A stretch of DNA of 64,000 bases, taken from contig OX597814.1 of NCBI GenBank assembly GCA_951406725.2, positions 28,024,001 to 28,088,000 on the forward strand, given 5' to 3'. Position 1 is the first letter of the stretch. Every line of letters starts with the position of its first letter. Source of the stretch: Octopus vulgaris (Eukaryota). The translations under genes were made by a program, and so were the position numbers. Of the stretch, positions 26,854 through 41,599 are shown in pieces. The notes beneath the pieces were generated by a model. It searched no databases, was not told the DNA's origin, and saw only the letters and a list, made by a program, of their open reading frames with translations.

Positions 26854-27321
26854 CTTAGCAACACTAAATTTTAGTCCGTGTACGTGTGTGTATACGTACG
26901 AATGGGTGTGTTTTCGTCTTGAACTATATCATGCGCAGTCAGTCAGTCATGCTTTTATATATAAGTGCACACAAGTGTGTAAAAAAAACTATGGGGAGTC
27001 TATAAAAATAGGAAGGATGCGTAGCAGAAGGAAGAAAAAGAGGAAGATACAGAATCATGTAAAATATTTACAAGAGCCGTCATAATGCGTGCATGGAGGT
27101 TTGTTGACGTAAACAGGAGCAGACATTGTTATGTTTTGTATGGTTAGCATGGACACCCTTAGCAACTGTTGTTAGCAATTAAATAGCAATAATCGCGCTG
27201 TTTGTTTATGTTTACGATTTGTGGATGTTTGTGATCGCGCATGCATGTGTATGTGCATGCACGTTCTTCTTCCTTTCTCTGTCAGTGTAACTCCAGACAC
27301 AAACATATACATATTCATACA

Positions 27322-27779
<458 letters not shown>

Positions 27780-27954
27780 CAGAAAACCCTGGCCTGGTAG
27801 TGCTAGTCGTAGGTTAATTGCCAGTTCTAGATTAACTGTACAGGTAGAGCAATAGAACCATTCTGCTCACACTCATTCAGTGTTCGGGAACTCTTGACTT
27901 CTAAAAATTGGCCAAACTGGCAAAATGACCATTCCGAAATACAACAATATATAA

Positions 27955-28022
<68 letters not shown>

Positions 28023-28064
28023 GTTCTACTTTCTTTCTCTGTCACTGTAACTCCAGACATAAAC

Positions 28065-28163
<99 letters not shown>

Positions 28164-29619
28164 TATTTAGTGGAGGGAACAGAGTGATTCAAAGGCGTAG
28201 AGTTTCGTGTGTTAGCACTTATCAAACATATATACGTATATATATACATACATACGTGTATATATATATATATCTGTGTGTGTGTGTGTGTACGTATATA
28301 ATCATTATGTATTAGAGATTCATTACAGTCAATATTACCAATCTGTCTTGCACAGAATATTGGGTACTTAGGTGATTACCTACGATTGTCGTCTTCAGTG
28401 GGAAAAAGTGATTGGGCTTTGTGGCACAGTCTCTAAGCGTGACAAAATGTATTATGCTGGGATCATTGCATATGACCAAAAGGTATTGAACACTCCATCA
28501 CCTCAATTTTCAGTCTTTTATTCATAAGAACTAGTCACTACGATACACTGAATAATGTAGTGCAAGAAACACTGAAAGTACGAAGGATTGGTCATGTATG
28601 GAAGACCGAGGCCACAAAGTAACAGCAATATCAACAATAACTACAACTACAACATACAAAATTTAAATGAAATTAGCAATATTAATATCTCAATTTAGAA
28701 TATTTCTAATCACGGTATTCAATTAAAATTCAATGTAATTTATTTAATCTCTATATTTACTTGTATTTCTTAACTAAATACTTAAAATCAATTAATTTTA
28801 ATTAACTACATTTCCACTTGATGAAAATACGATCAGTAGTTCTTGAAGCACAGCGCATACATTAATTAAATATTTTCATTCAAGGAACGTTATATAAATG
28901 TTATTTCTATATTTATGCATAAATTTACAGATCTTGATAACATTGGTTCATTTATTTGAAGGTTTCGTTATGTTCGATTTCATTGGTTGGGAGGCGAGAG
29001 GGGATTAGTTGAAACTAGGGTTCACTCAATGCTCAGGTGTATATGAGTAACTGCGAAATTGAGAGAAGATCTTGCTAGAAAATTGTCGGAGGCTGCTGTT
29101 GTTGTTAAGCAACAAGACGGGTAAGGGTGATTAGGTGATGGTCTAGGGCTTAGGGGCGGGAGACCCCAGATCTTGGAAAAAAAAATCTTTGGTCGTCTTG
29201 TTGTATTCGAGGGCTATTCGGTGACGTCCGACACCACTGAAAGGTGGCCCTCGAAGTCGCTGGAAATGAAGATCTCCAGGTCCAAATTCTTGAACGGCGT
29301 CGGAGGCTGCTGAGAAAGCAAGCCATTACATATGGCTCAAAAGAGAGGACAAGTGGTGCAGGAAGATTGAGCATTGAAAATGATAGCTGGCCCAGAGTCG
29401 CAACATCTGACTCAACAAAATTTGAGCTGTCGTGCGAGAATTTTGTCGCTTACATCGGTAGATAGCCCTGGATAGTTTTGGTGTCGCGAGGGACCGAAAG
29501 ACCTACAGAGATATATCGCCTGATGAGACACCAACTTGTGCATTCAGAAACAGATAACAGCAGCACCCTCAGAATACAAGTGTTTATCCTAAATCAGTAG
29601 GTAGAGTTGAAACGTAATT

Positions 29620-30022
29620 TTGGTTTCAAATTTTGGCACGGGGCCAGCAAGTCCAAAGGATGGATTTAGCTCAACCGGTAATTATTCTATCGATCCCGAA
29701 AGGATGAACGGCAAAGTCGACCTCGGTGAAATTTGAACACGGAACGTAAAGACGAATGAAACGCCGCTAAGCATTTTACCCGGTGCGGTGAAGATTCTGC
29801 TAGCTCGCTGCCTTTGGTTTCAAATTTTGGCACAAAGCCAGCAATTTTGTGAGAGGCCCTAAGTCGATTACATCGACCCCAGTGCTCAATTGGTGCTTAT
29901 TTTATCGACCCCGAAAGGATGAAAGGCAAAGTCGACCTCTGCGGAATTCGAACTTAAAGACGAACGAAATGCCTCTAACCATTTTCACCGTTGTGCTGAC
30001 GGTTCTACCAGCTCGCCAACTT
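29620..30022 (-). mobile_element. Dimer of a SINE B variant (alternative tail) with 13-bp flanking duplication
   Basis: gttgaaacgtaat on both sides; tail ..cttgtgccaaaatttgaaacc also at ~37180 and ~62480. Confidence 0.7.
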
Positions 30023-30769
30023 GTTGAAACGTAATGTTGGAGTGTGTGTATGTTAAAGTTTCAATTGTGTCTTCAATGTCGTTCCATAGTTAACCTTGCT
30101 TAAAGCGTAACGTACGAACTTATTTTATTATGTTAAAGTTTCAATAATCTACATGCATGGCAGTATTTGAGTAAGAAGTTGGCCTCGAAACCATGTGGTT
30201 TCGGGTTCGGTTCCACTGTACTGCAAAATAACTTGATCAACGTTCTGCGAGCAAATTTGGTAGATGGAAAGTGTATGAAAGTTCTTCATGTATACATATA
30301 GATCAGTGCCTTATGTACGTGTGCGCATGTATTTGAGTGTGTATGTGTGTGTGTGTATGTGTGTGTATGTGTGTGTGTGTTTGTGTGTGTGCGCATTTGT
30401 CTCTCCCAACACCGATAGACATAAAGTTCAAAGGTCAACGTGATCGGTTTAACTTTTGAAGGCATTACATTACTTAATTTCATTCTCTCTCTCCCCCCAC
30501 TCTCTCTCTCTATTTTAAAAAATTATTCTTATTTTGCATTTTTTGTACTCCATGTAAATATATGTACCATGGCTAACTTCTTATCTACGTAACTACCTCC
30601 ATAACAGTTCGATTTTGTATTGTCTTATAGCCACTCTGATAGCCGTTGACCTTGCCCCGGATGAAAACGCCGGAATTTAAGTTTAAATTGATTTGCGCAC
30701 TAATTTGTGTCACCTATAAGAGCTGGTTCAGTTCTTACCAATTCACTGTATGGATTTCTTTGAGTTTTA

Positions 30770-31287
30770 TTTAAGCTCTTTTTAAGAGAATTCCAGCCGG
30801 TCGCTAGCAAAGCTACAAGACTTTTGAGTTAAGAGAGTTCGTGGTGTTCGTAAATATGAGGTCGAGTTAGTGTTTTGGATGAGCTGTTGATGCTTATGTC
30901 CTAGTGTGTGCATCTATTCGCGTAAAAATCTTAGATGGAGAATTTTAGGAATGTCTTAGAAATCTTCTCTGAGCCACTAATAAATTGGATTTGGTGACCT
31001 GACCTCCACGTCAGTTTCTTTTGCTTATTCTCCGTGAAATCGAGTATGTCTAGGTTTTGCGCAAATTTGTTGGTACATAACCTATGATGAGAGGTACAAA
31101 CGAAAATTCATAGTCAGGGTAAAAGTGCTGTAACTTCTGCATTAATTCGCCATAAATGTTCTCGTTTTCCTGGACTTTTGATAGTACTTCCACATCCGCT
31201 GGGCAACTGATCTCTACAACAGTCCATCACTTTTGTTCCCTGTCCCGCAGAACAATATCAGGTCTGTTATGTTTGCCTTGAATTGAA
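30770..31287 (-). pseudogene. R4/Dong-like non-LTR retrotransposon, RLE domain + 3' end
   Basis: KHNRPDIVLRDREQK*WTVVEISCPADVEVLSKVQENENIYGEL..YPDYEFSFVPLIIG..ISKTFLK (PD..E..K motif); preceded by (CATA)n. Confidence 0.8.
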
Positions 31288-31318
<31 letters not shown>

Positions 31319-31384
31319 TGTATGTATGTATGTATGTATGTATGTATGTATGTATGTATGTATGGTATAGTAAAGAAATAAGAA

Positions 31385-31597
31385 GCGTTAGCACGCCGGG
31401 CGAAAAGCTTTGTGATATTTCGTCCGCCGCTGCGTTCTGAGTTCAAATTCCGCCGAGGTCGACTTCGCCTTTCATCCTTTCGGGGTCGATATGATTATGT
31501 ACCAGTTACGCACTGGGGTCGATGTAATCGACTTAATCCGTTTGTCTGTCCTTGTTTGTCCCCTCTATATTTAGCTCCTTGTGGGCAACAAAGAAAT
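31385..31597 (+). mobile_element. SINE family B
   Basis: Family B match. Confidence 0.85.
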
Positions 31598-31599
31598 AT

Positions 31600-32623
31600 G
31601 AAACGGTGCATCCTCGAGAAAAGCGAATTCGATTTTCGAAATCTGCGTCTCAAAGAAAAGGTCGTCCATAAATAACAATAGAAAAGTATAATTTTCTACG
31701 ACAAATAACTTAAGTTTTAGATCAACAACTCTCCCACTCTCTATATTTAACCATCAATGTATCTTTCTCTCTCTATTTATATATATATTTACCAAACTCT
31801 TTTGACACTCACTCTCTTTATATAACTCTCACGCATTACTTTCATTTTATTTACAACCTCATGTCCTCTTGAAGTTTACTTTCATTCTATGGTAATTATT
31901 ACGCACAAATTCTGTTTTCTGATTGGTTAAAAAGTCGGTCCTGATAAGTGGGGTGGGATTTGATAAAAATTTCAAAATAATTTTTTGTTTGTCGAAACGG
32001 AGCCTCGTATTGTTTACTAGCAGTATCGCCCGGCGTTGCTCGGGTTTGTAAGGGAAATAACTATATAAGCATTTTTAGAGAGTTACTTCCCTTATAGATG
32101 CCAATTCGGGCTTTCTTAGCCATTTCTGTTTTGGTGTCTTCAAGCCATGAAGTCGTTGTTCTAAAAGAACGCTGGTCTCCTTGACAACGCTTTACGACGT
32201 TGATTTCCTTACACTCCCTTCCCCACAGCTTCACGAGGGAGGGAAGAAGGGGGAGAAGCAACACGGATGCAGATGTGAGCATGGACGCCAACTCCGCCGC
32301 CATCGACACACGAAAAATTATGCATTAAAATGGAATAAAAAATGATGTTAAATTATTTTTAAAATCGTAGACTCATCGTAGACGCGCGCTAATAGCCAGA
32401 CGGGCTTGATATTACTCACGACTATAAGATACCCGAATTTGGTTAAACTGCACCGCAAAATGTGGGAGGAGTTAGGAATCTAAATCGAAGGGGACAGACA
32501 CTCACACAACTACAGTTTTATATATATAGATAAGTGCCTCCGTCTGTATAAGCGGAAAACAAATTTGAAAAATCCCTATCTTCTGTTGTGAAAATTATCC
32601 GGCAAACCGGGATACTCCGCTAG
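31600..32623 (+). mobile_element. Outer Helitron-like element (5' boundary uncertain)
   Basis: Ends ccggcaaaccgg hairpin + CTAG|T at 32620-32624. Confidence 0.5.
32017..32530 (-). mobile_element. Non-autonomous Helitron, same family as 6463-6856
   Basis: A|TC..hairpin-CTAG|T, inserted in AT without TSD. Confidence 0.87.
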
Positions 32624-33061
32624 TATCTACTATAATAATACTCTTCTGCTTTTCTCCGTCACAACACGTGAATGAGAAAGGAAGGGGTGATGGATGAACA
32701 AGGAAGGTGATGATGGCAAACTGGTAGTGAGAGCGTTTCAACTCTGTGTGAGTGTATGTGTGTATGTGTATGTATGTAATAAAAAGGAGCTATGCGAATG
32801 TTAGTGTGCGGGCTGTTGTGTGTGTGTGTGTGTGTGTGTGTGCAATGGAAGTGGGAGAGTGAACATTCAACGTTAAAAAAAAAAATCAAACTCTGTGTGA
32901 GTATATGCGTGTGTATGTGTGTGCGTGTACAAAGAAAGTATGTAAATGTCTGTATGCGTGAACCAGCGTTCTTTCAGTAACCAACGTTGATCGACGTCAC
33001 ATCCCAAAAGACAACCACCAGATAACATTGACAAGTGCATCAATTTGATTTACCATCCATA

Positions 33062-33437
33062 TCTCTCTCTCTATAAAAAGCTGAAGTTGTCTGTGTATGG
33101 CAGGTTTGGTAGCCTTCAATTAACACTATGTCCTCCGAGACCCTGCGGCGCAAGTTGACCAAAATAGAGAGTATGATAGAAGAAGGCTTGCTCTTCCTTC
33201 CGTAGAAGAAAAAAATTCAAATTGGACCATGTTAACACCAGAAATTATTTACATCAAAAAGGTGCTATTTTTCCATGAAAATTCCTATTTTTTACGATTT
33301 TTTGACTGCTGTGTCGCCATTTTTCGGTGTATTTCAAAAGAGAATAACAAGCTACATAATGCAAAATTTATACTTTTCAAAAATTCCAATTCTAAAGGGT
33401 CAAAACAAACCCGAGTAACGCCGGGCGATACTGCTAG
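33062..33437 (+). mobile_element. Non-autonomous Helitron, same 3' end, different body
   Basis: a|tc start; aaacccgagtaacgccgggcgatactgCTAG|t end. Confidence 0.85.
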
Positions 33438-33685
33438 TTTATATATAAAATACTACAATTAGCCGACATTTTTAACGGCACATGGGCCTGTTAGTTTAAT
33501 ATATTTAATGTATCTAATTTGTTTATCTGCATAATTTTTGTTTCTTTACTACCCACAAGGGGCTATTATCTGCATAATTGCCTCTATACCCGCTTAACTT
33601 GATCCCTCTTATAATCCTTCTTTACCTTGTGGAATCGGTCCCCTGTAAAAACATCGGAGTATATGTTTGAATCTTTTGAACACTA

Positions 33686-34080
33686 CTCTCTCTTTTACTC
33701 TTTTACTTGTTTCAGTCATTTGACTGCGGCCATGCTGGAGCACCGCCTTTAGGCGAGCAAATCGACCCCGGGACTTATTCTTTGTAAGCCCAGTACTTAT
33801 TCTATCGGTCTCTTTTGCCGAACCGCTAAGTGACGGGGACGTAAATACACCAGCATCGGTTGTCAAGCAATGCTAGGGAGACAAACACAGACACACAAAC
33901 ACATACATATATATATATATATACATATATACGACAGGCTTCTTTCAGTTTCCGTCTACCAAATCCACTCACAAGGCATTGGTCGGCCCGGGGCTATAGC
34001 AGAAGACACTTGCCCAAGGTGCCACGCAGTGGGACTGAACCCAGAACCATGTGGTTGGTTAGCAAGCTACTTACCACACA
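33686..34080 (-). mobile_element. SINE family A
   Basis: Family A match. Confidence 0.9.
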
Positions 34081-34119
34081 AGTATCTTTTATACGAAGAA
34101 TCTCTGGATCTCGTCTGTG

Positions 34120-34172
<53 letters not shown>

Positions 34173-34378
34173 CCTATTTTACGGGGAAAAGTGTTGGCGG
34201 TCTCATAGCCGGCCGTCAACGCTTTTTTCCACCACAAACTAGGGGTAGCTTATTCCTCTTCAGGTTATATTATTAGCATTATCCTGCGTTTGAGAATGAA
34301 AAATCATTTCTTTAATTTTCTAAGACATCTCAACACTTCTAAAGCAAACTTCGTTTGTTTACGTTCATCGTAATTTGA

Positions 34379-34440
<62 letters not shown>

Positions 34441-34451
34441 CCTTCCATATC

Positions 34452-34543
34452 GGCTAACTCTGACGAGCGTAAGGTTATATAATCGGATTGTTACCTAACA
34501 CTCCATTGTATTCCTTGCGCGAAACCTACAGGTAAGATCAGCC
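34452..34543 (+). ncRNA. Extended type I hammerhead ribozyme motif
   Basis: ggctaact-CTGACGA-gcgtaagg[38 nt]ccttgcgc-GAAA-cct ac agg-TA-agatcagcc; GUA triplet; helix I partly decayed. Confidence 0.78.
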
Positions 34544-34689
34544 ATGATGGATATATAATACTGTACATTTCGGATAACATATATATATTTCGTTTTTACA
34601 TTTATGTGAATTCGTGTGTTGAAGCATATTTTATTGTGTCTGGGGGAGAGTCATTCTGTTTTAATGCCTTACTAATTAACAGTCAACGA

Positions 34690-34726
34690 CTATTGAAGAG
34701 GTTGCAAGAAGCAACGAAAATTTTAG
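34690..34726 (+). ncRNA. Minimal hammerhead-like motif (U3 variant)
   Basis: cta-TTGAAGA-g gttgc aagaa gcaac-GAAA-at-TT-tag. Confidence 0.45.
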
Positions 34727-34751
34727 AATATATATGTGTGTGTGTGTATAC

Positions 34752-34929
<178 letters not shown>

Positions 34930-35119
34930 GTAAGGCGATAGACTAGCATAGTCATTCGAGTGTGGAACAAAATGTTTTGTAAACATGCTGATGAATGTAG
35001 TAGATGTATATACAGACACACGTGGACGCTCACATATAAGCATACATACACGCACACACACACACACATAAAGAGGGAGAGAACGAGCGAGTTGAGAGAG
35101 TGAGTGTGTGTTTGTAAAG

Positions 35120-35175
<56 letters not shown>

Positions 35176-36141
35176 TTATTTACTTTGAAATGTTTTTAAA
35201 CGCTGAAAAAAGGCTAAATAAGCCACTTACGAAGAAATAATAGTTATAATTATAGTTTCTGTGAACGTTTTGCCTAAGAATGTTTTAAACTTGGTAGGGA
35301 CACACCTCGGGCATTCAAATTTCTTTGTAAATCAGTGATTGCATAAAATAAGCAACGCAATGAGAAAATTGTTGTTGTTTTCCTAATAATGTGTGCTGAA
35401 TGTCACTTACAATGAACTGATTTTTCTAATCTGAATAATAAAAAATATTTGTATGGGCGTTGCTTGTGCGGTAGGAAATTTGCTTCATAACAACGTTTCC
35501 GGGTTCAGTTTCGGCAAGTGACTTCTACTAGAAGTCCCGGGATGACTAAAGCCTTTTGAGTGAATTAAATTTAGTTGACGGAACCTGAAAGAAGCACAAA
35601 TGTATTCACAAGGAACACCGTGTATATGAATAAACGGTTTCGTCATTTAACTTCCCATATGAATGCATTCTTTACGTCAACTATTGTTTATCTTACCTTT
35701 TCTGCTTATATATCTATTTCGATATCTACACTTATATCCATCTGGTCACTGTCACATCGATACTTTTCCTCTGCCGTAAGGCTTAATCCCCAACACGCCA
35801 GCTGAATTCAATTCGTCTCCAGTCGAAAGACGCCTGCTGTTATGTCCTGTTATTATTATTGTTTTTTTTTTTTGTATTATCTTTGTATTTATATTCGTGT
35901 AACATCGTCCGTTTTTCCGTCCTTGTTTCGTATACATTCGTTGCTTTTTTCCAAGGAATCTAACGCTCTTAGCTTAGTTTTCCCTTGGGGCTGGCCAGAT
36001 TGGAGCAATCTCAACATTAATCAGCCGAAATTGCGAGGATGATCCGGTTCTTGACTGAAGATTAAAGGCTTCGAATGACCCGACCGTGTTTTTTGTATTG
36101 TCTATCTGGATGTTTTGCGTTCTTGTCCCATTATGTATTTT

Positions 36142-36543
<402 letters not shown>

Positions 36544-36772
36544 ATGTCTACAACCGCGAAGTCGTCCTAATACAAAATGAGTTCTAAGAATGAGGGAGGG
36601 TGTAGGGCGAAATATGTCTCAAAACCTTTCTCAAAGTTAGCTATGTATGATAAGGTGAGTAATCACATTCCCACTGTAAACATCCAAAGACTAATAATAT
36701 CTAAAGTTGGTATAATGTTCTCTTCCCCGTTCGTAGTTCTTTTTATTATTATAAACAGTATAATAATAAAAA

Positions 36773-37275
36773 GACAGAACCGTTAGCACGCCGGATAAAA
36801 TGCTTTGCGGCATTTCGTCCGTCTCTACTTCTGAGTTCAAATTCCGCGAAGGTCGACTTTGCCTTTCATCCTTTCGGGGTCGATAAATTAAGTACCAGTG
36901 AAACACTGGGGTCGATGTAATCGACTAGTCCCCTCCCCACAAATTTGAGGCCTTGGCCTTTAGTAGAAAGGATCATTATAATCAATATAAGACAGCGAGC
37001 TGGCAGAACCGTTAGCACGCCGGATAACATGCTTTGTGGCATTTCGTCCGTCTCTACTTCTGAGTTCAAATTCCGCGAAGGTCGACTTTGCCTTTCATCT
37101 TTTCGGGGTCGATGAAATAAGTCCCATCTGAGCACTAGGGTCAATGTAATCGACTAGTCTCCTCCCTCAAAATTGCTGGCCCTGTGCCAAAATTTGAAAC
37201 CATTATTATAAACAGTATAAGGCGGGAAGCCCTCAAAATTCCAAGCCTTGTGCCCCATAATAGAAAGGATTATTA
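36773..37275 (+). mobile_element. Tandem SINE B variant array (~220-bp unit)
   Basis: Two near-identical units plus an extra tail. Confidence 0.82.
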
Positions 37276-38456
37276 TACAAAGTGTGATTTCTACGTTTCA
37301 TGCATTTGTTTTGCAAGATTCCTGTTGTGAAATTGTGTGTTGAAACAGATATTGTTATACTTCGGGATGGTCCTTTTTTTTTTTTTTTGCCAACTAAACA
37401 CACGCACTATATAGTCATTCTTTACCCCCCACCTTGTTAAACTTATTTTAGTGTCCATTTTCTGAAATATTTCGTCACATACCCTGTGACCTCTTCAACG
37501 TCTCTTCATCCGACGTGTTTCCTCCTGTCCTCTTCCGTCCATTGCACGTGTCTCCTCCTATCCTGTTTAGTCCGTCCTGTTTAGTCCAATGGGCTAAACA
37601 GGTCAGGAGAGAAATCGACAAAGACAACAAAAACAATAAGAGCAACAACATGAACAACAATAACAACAACGTGGGAAGGAGAGTCGTTGACGAAAGATTT
37701 AAAGGAAAGGACACTAAAATATAAACAATAGTAAAACTGGAGTGAAGAGTGAGTATATAGTGCGTGTGTTTATTTGGCAAAAAAAAACGACCGTTCAGAA
37801 ATATAACAGTATAATTTTTTTTTTTTTTCCTTGAAAAGAATTTCTTCTGCTAACTTGCCCTTCAACAAATGAGTTTACAAACTTATCACGCTGATGCTAA
37901 CGCTGAAGGAAAATTAGCTGGCTCTAAATTTAGCAATATTGTTTAACAATATATTAATAATTAAAAAGTAAGGAAGACCGGTAGTCTCAATACTGATAAA
38001 ATACTTTCCGATAAATAAGTGTTGCAGGATGCATGCAGATAACATATTGATAAGCTTTTATTATTAGCATATATTTCTAACAAACTTTGAGACCATTTCA
38101 AACATAATATCCACGACTGCCCCTATGACAAGAATTGACATGGTAATAGAATCAGCGTGATATACTGTGACAAGATTTGATCTTTGAAATACAGGTACAA
38201 TCTATTTCGTGTGTCTCTGCACAGTTTCCGTCTACCCAATTTCATTAAAAAGGCTTAAGCTGACCCTAGGCTGTATTACAAAACATTTGTCTAAATTGTC
38301 AGGCAGTGAGATCGAACTTGAGAACCTCAAAACTGCAAAGCGAACATCTTAATTACTTGGGCTTGGTCTGTCTGTCTGTCTGTCTCAAAGTTTGTGTCTC
38401 TTTGTGTGTGTGCGTGTGTGTCTAACTCTGTCTGTCTATCTTTCTCTGTCTGCCTG

Positions 38457-38527
<71 letters not shown>

Positions 38528-38559
38528 GTCTGTCTGTCTGTCTATCCGTCCGTCCGTCC

Positions 38560-38636
<77 letters not shown>

Positions 38637-38671
38637 ACATACACACATTCTCTCTCCCCTCTATCTTCCTT

Positions 38672-39925
38672 AGTCTTTAACAACGATAAAAATGGCCTTT
38701 ATAGGAAGCCAAAGGAAAATTCGGTACGTATTAAATTCTTCTGTCATCCTTTTGAAGTCTTCAAGAATTTATTATGTAGCCTTTGTCGTCGAATTTCTAG
38801 CATTTTTTTGAAATCCTGCTACAATCGCGATGCCTTTACAAGGGAATAGTTTCCACTAGAAAATGCAATATTCCTCACAAAGTCATAAAACCCAAGCAAG
38901 CATGGCTGAACCCTCTATCCTCTTCACAGCTTAAGCGAAGCATCCAATCTCGCAAAAAAACATGCTAGGCAACTTACAATTGATTGCATGTATCACAAAA
39001 TCTCCAACAAGAACACCCTGTAAGTTAGCTATAGTTGTACTAGCAATGTCAGGCATCTGATTTATGGCATCAACAAAAGAAATTACATTAACAGTTTTCT
39101 GCAATAAAATCAATCACTTTGCGATTGTGCCAACATCGAGTGGCTGTGTGGTAAGTAGCTCGCTAACCAACCACATGGTTCCGGGTTCAGTCCCACTGCG
39201 TGGCATCTTGGGCAAATGTCCTCTGCTATAGCCCCGGGCCGACCAATGCCTTGTGAGTGGATTTGGTAGACGGAAACTGAAAGAAGCCTGTCGTATATAT
39301 GTATATATATATATATGTGTGTGTGTGTATGTGTTTGTGTGTCTGTGTTTGTCCCCCTAGCATTGCTTGACAACCGATGCTGGTGTGTTTACGTCCCCGT
39401 CACTTAGCGGTTCGGCAAAAGAGATCGATGGAATAAGTACTGGGCTTACAAAAAGAATAAGTCCCGGGGTCGAGTTGCTCGACTAAAGGCGGTGCTCCAG
39501 CATGGCCGCAGTCAAATGACTGAAACAAGTAAAATAGTAAAAGAGTATATATCTACTTGATGGTTAACTCTTCAGTAAGGAATTGGTAAACTGTGTTGAA
39601 GTTGACAGACCAGAGGGAATGAAGTGATTAACAGAACGAAGCTTTAAGAGAAGGCACACAATCCCCTTTTTTTTTAGTAGACCGCAGAAAAGAAAGACCA
39701 TTTATTATTTTTTTTTTCTACTGAAAGATAAAGCATCACAAACTTTAAGATACAGTGGTCAGTGGACGAAATTATCAAATCATATTTTAAAGGATCTGAA
39801 TCGTTTATCTGTAAACATGTCTTCATTTGACATGCTTTCATTTTTCTAACATGTTGAATTCTAAGAGTGAGCTCATTTCGAAGTGTCGGTACCAAAACAA
39901 GTTTGTTCAAACGAACTACAAGTTT
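38672..39925 (+). pseudogene. Decayed Penelope-like retroelement (Naiad-like), RT thumb to GIY-YIG endonuclease
   Basis: Colinear motifs YRKP..HP..KNL..RRIS; WLNP; HKISNKNTL*VSYSC; CDC..LDG; LTERSFKRRH; IQWS..SY..GS; MLNSKSELISKCRYQNKF; stops and frameshifts; split by SINE A. Confidence 0.75.
39138..39546 (+). mobile_element. SINE family A nested in the PLE relic
   Basis: Family A match. Confidence 0.92.
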
Positions 39926-40390
39926 AACATTCTGTGTTTTCATGGCGAGAATTTCTTCGGAATTTTAAAATCATTACAAAAGTTTCTTGAGTTCTGTCAG
40001 TTCATATAAATATTTGAAGTTCACTTTCTCTTTTTTAAGTCGCATTTTGTGAAACAAATTTGCAATTAGCAAAACACTGTCCAAATGTGTTTCTCAGAAG
40101 TGAAAACTACCAGTAAACTGACTTCTCTTTCATTTATATTTGGAAAACAAACTCGAATTTGTGTGTGAAATCTTGTATATACATTTATACGTTATTTATG
40201 TACCAAAGAGCTATTCTTGTATAGTTATTTTACATTCATGTATGTATGTCATTATTCAGTTTATTTCAAGATTCTTGCCAACAGAGAAAGAACAGGTTTC
40301 TAACCGAGATCCAAGGCTCCTTCGTTGGAATTTCAACACCAGCATCAGGGCGTTTTTGTATGTATGTATGTATGTATGTATGTATGTATG

Positions 40391-40421
<31 letters not shown>

Positions 40422-40522
40422 GCGTGCCTGTATGCATGTACTATACGTATATATATAGAGAGAGATAGCTAGCTAGCTAGCTAGCTAGATAGATAGATAT
40501 AGATATAGATATATGTATGTAT

Positions 40523-40844
40523 GTGGAGGCGCAATGGCCTAGTGGTTAGGGCAGCGGACTTGCGGTCGCAGGATCGCGGTTTCGATTCCCAGACCGGGCG
40601 TTGTGAGTGTTTATTGAGCGAAAACACCTAAAAAAGCTCCACGAGGCTCCGGCAGGAGGTGGTGGCGATTCCTGCTGTACTCTTTCACCACTCTTTCACC
40701 ACTCTTTCTCCCACTCTTTCTTCTGTTGGCCTGCTTGCTTAGCCAGCGGGGTGGCGTCATTCGAAGGCTAAAACAATGCGAAGCGCATTGTGACCAGCGA
40801 TGTGTAACAACATCTGATGGTCTGGTCGGTCACGTGATCACGTG
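40523..40844 (+). mobile_element. SINE family C, tail type 2 (OR-like)
   Basis: gtggaggcgcaatggcctagtggttagggc (A box), gtttcgattcc (B box); tail ..ggtcacgtgatcacgtg as at 47693-48006. Confidence 0.88.
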
Positions 40845-41599
40845 GTATGTATGTATGCATGTATGTGTATTTGTATCAATCATCTCTATTTCATTTTCCT
40901 TTTCTATTTCTGTCTCTTTCCCCCTTTCCTTCCTCCTTAACCCTTGCAATAAACTTTAATAATACATATTCATCTTTCTGCCCTTAACTTGCCTTTCATC
41001 TCCCTCTCTCTCTCTCTCTCTCTCTCTTAATTCGGTCAGTTAGTTACATAATCATAAACCTTTACGCCCTTCTCTTTTACTTTTACAGATCTCTCTCATA
41101 AATGTACGTAAATGTACGCTTTCTCAATTACATTATTGTATCTTTTGGATCTGCAGTTATAAGCCTTTTCCTATCTCCCTCCCTCCCTCTCTCTTTCTTT
41201 CTTTCTCTCTCTCTCTTTCTTTCTGTTGTTTACTTACATTCTTTACTCCTTCATTCATTACACTCCCCTCTCGTAAATATGGTTTTTTTTTTTAGCATTA
41301 CGTAATGTATCTTACGGGATCTTTTGTCAGTGAACGGTCTGCTTCATACAAGAACCTCCCCCTCTCACTTCTTTCTCACCACACCGTGTCTTTCTGTACT
41401 CTTTTCTTTATCTTTCACTGTCTCTCCTGGTTTTATATTTCTTTATTTTTTCCTTTCTCCACCACCCCCGCTCTCTCCTGCCATCTCTTTGTTTTTTGTC
41501 TACTTCTTTCTCTGTGTCGATTGCCATTTATGCATCGTTGTCTTGGTTTCCTTACAATATTTATAGCTGGATAGATTTTATTAATCAAAGTTAAATGAT

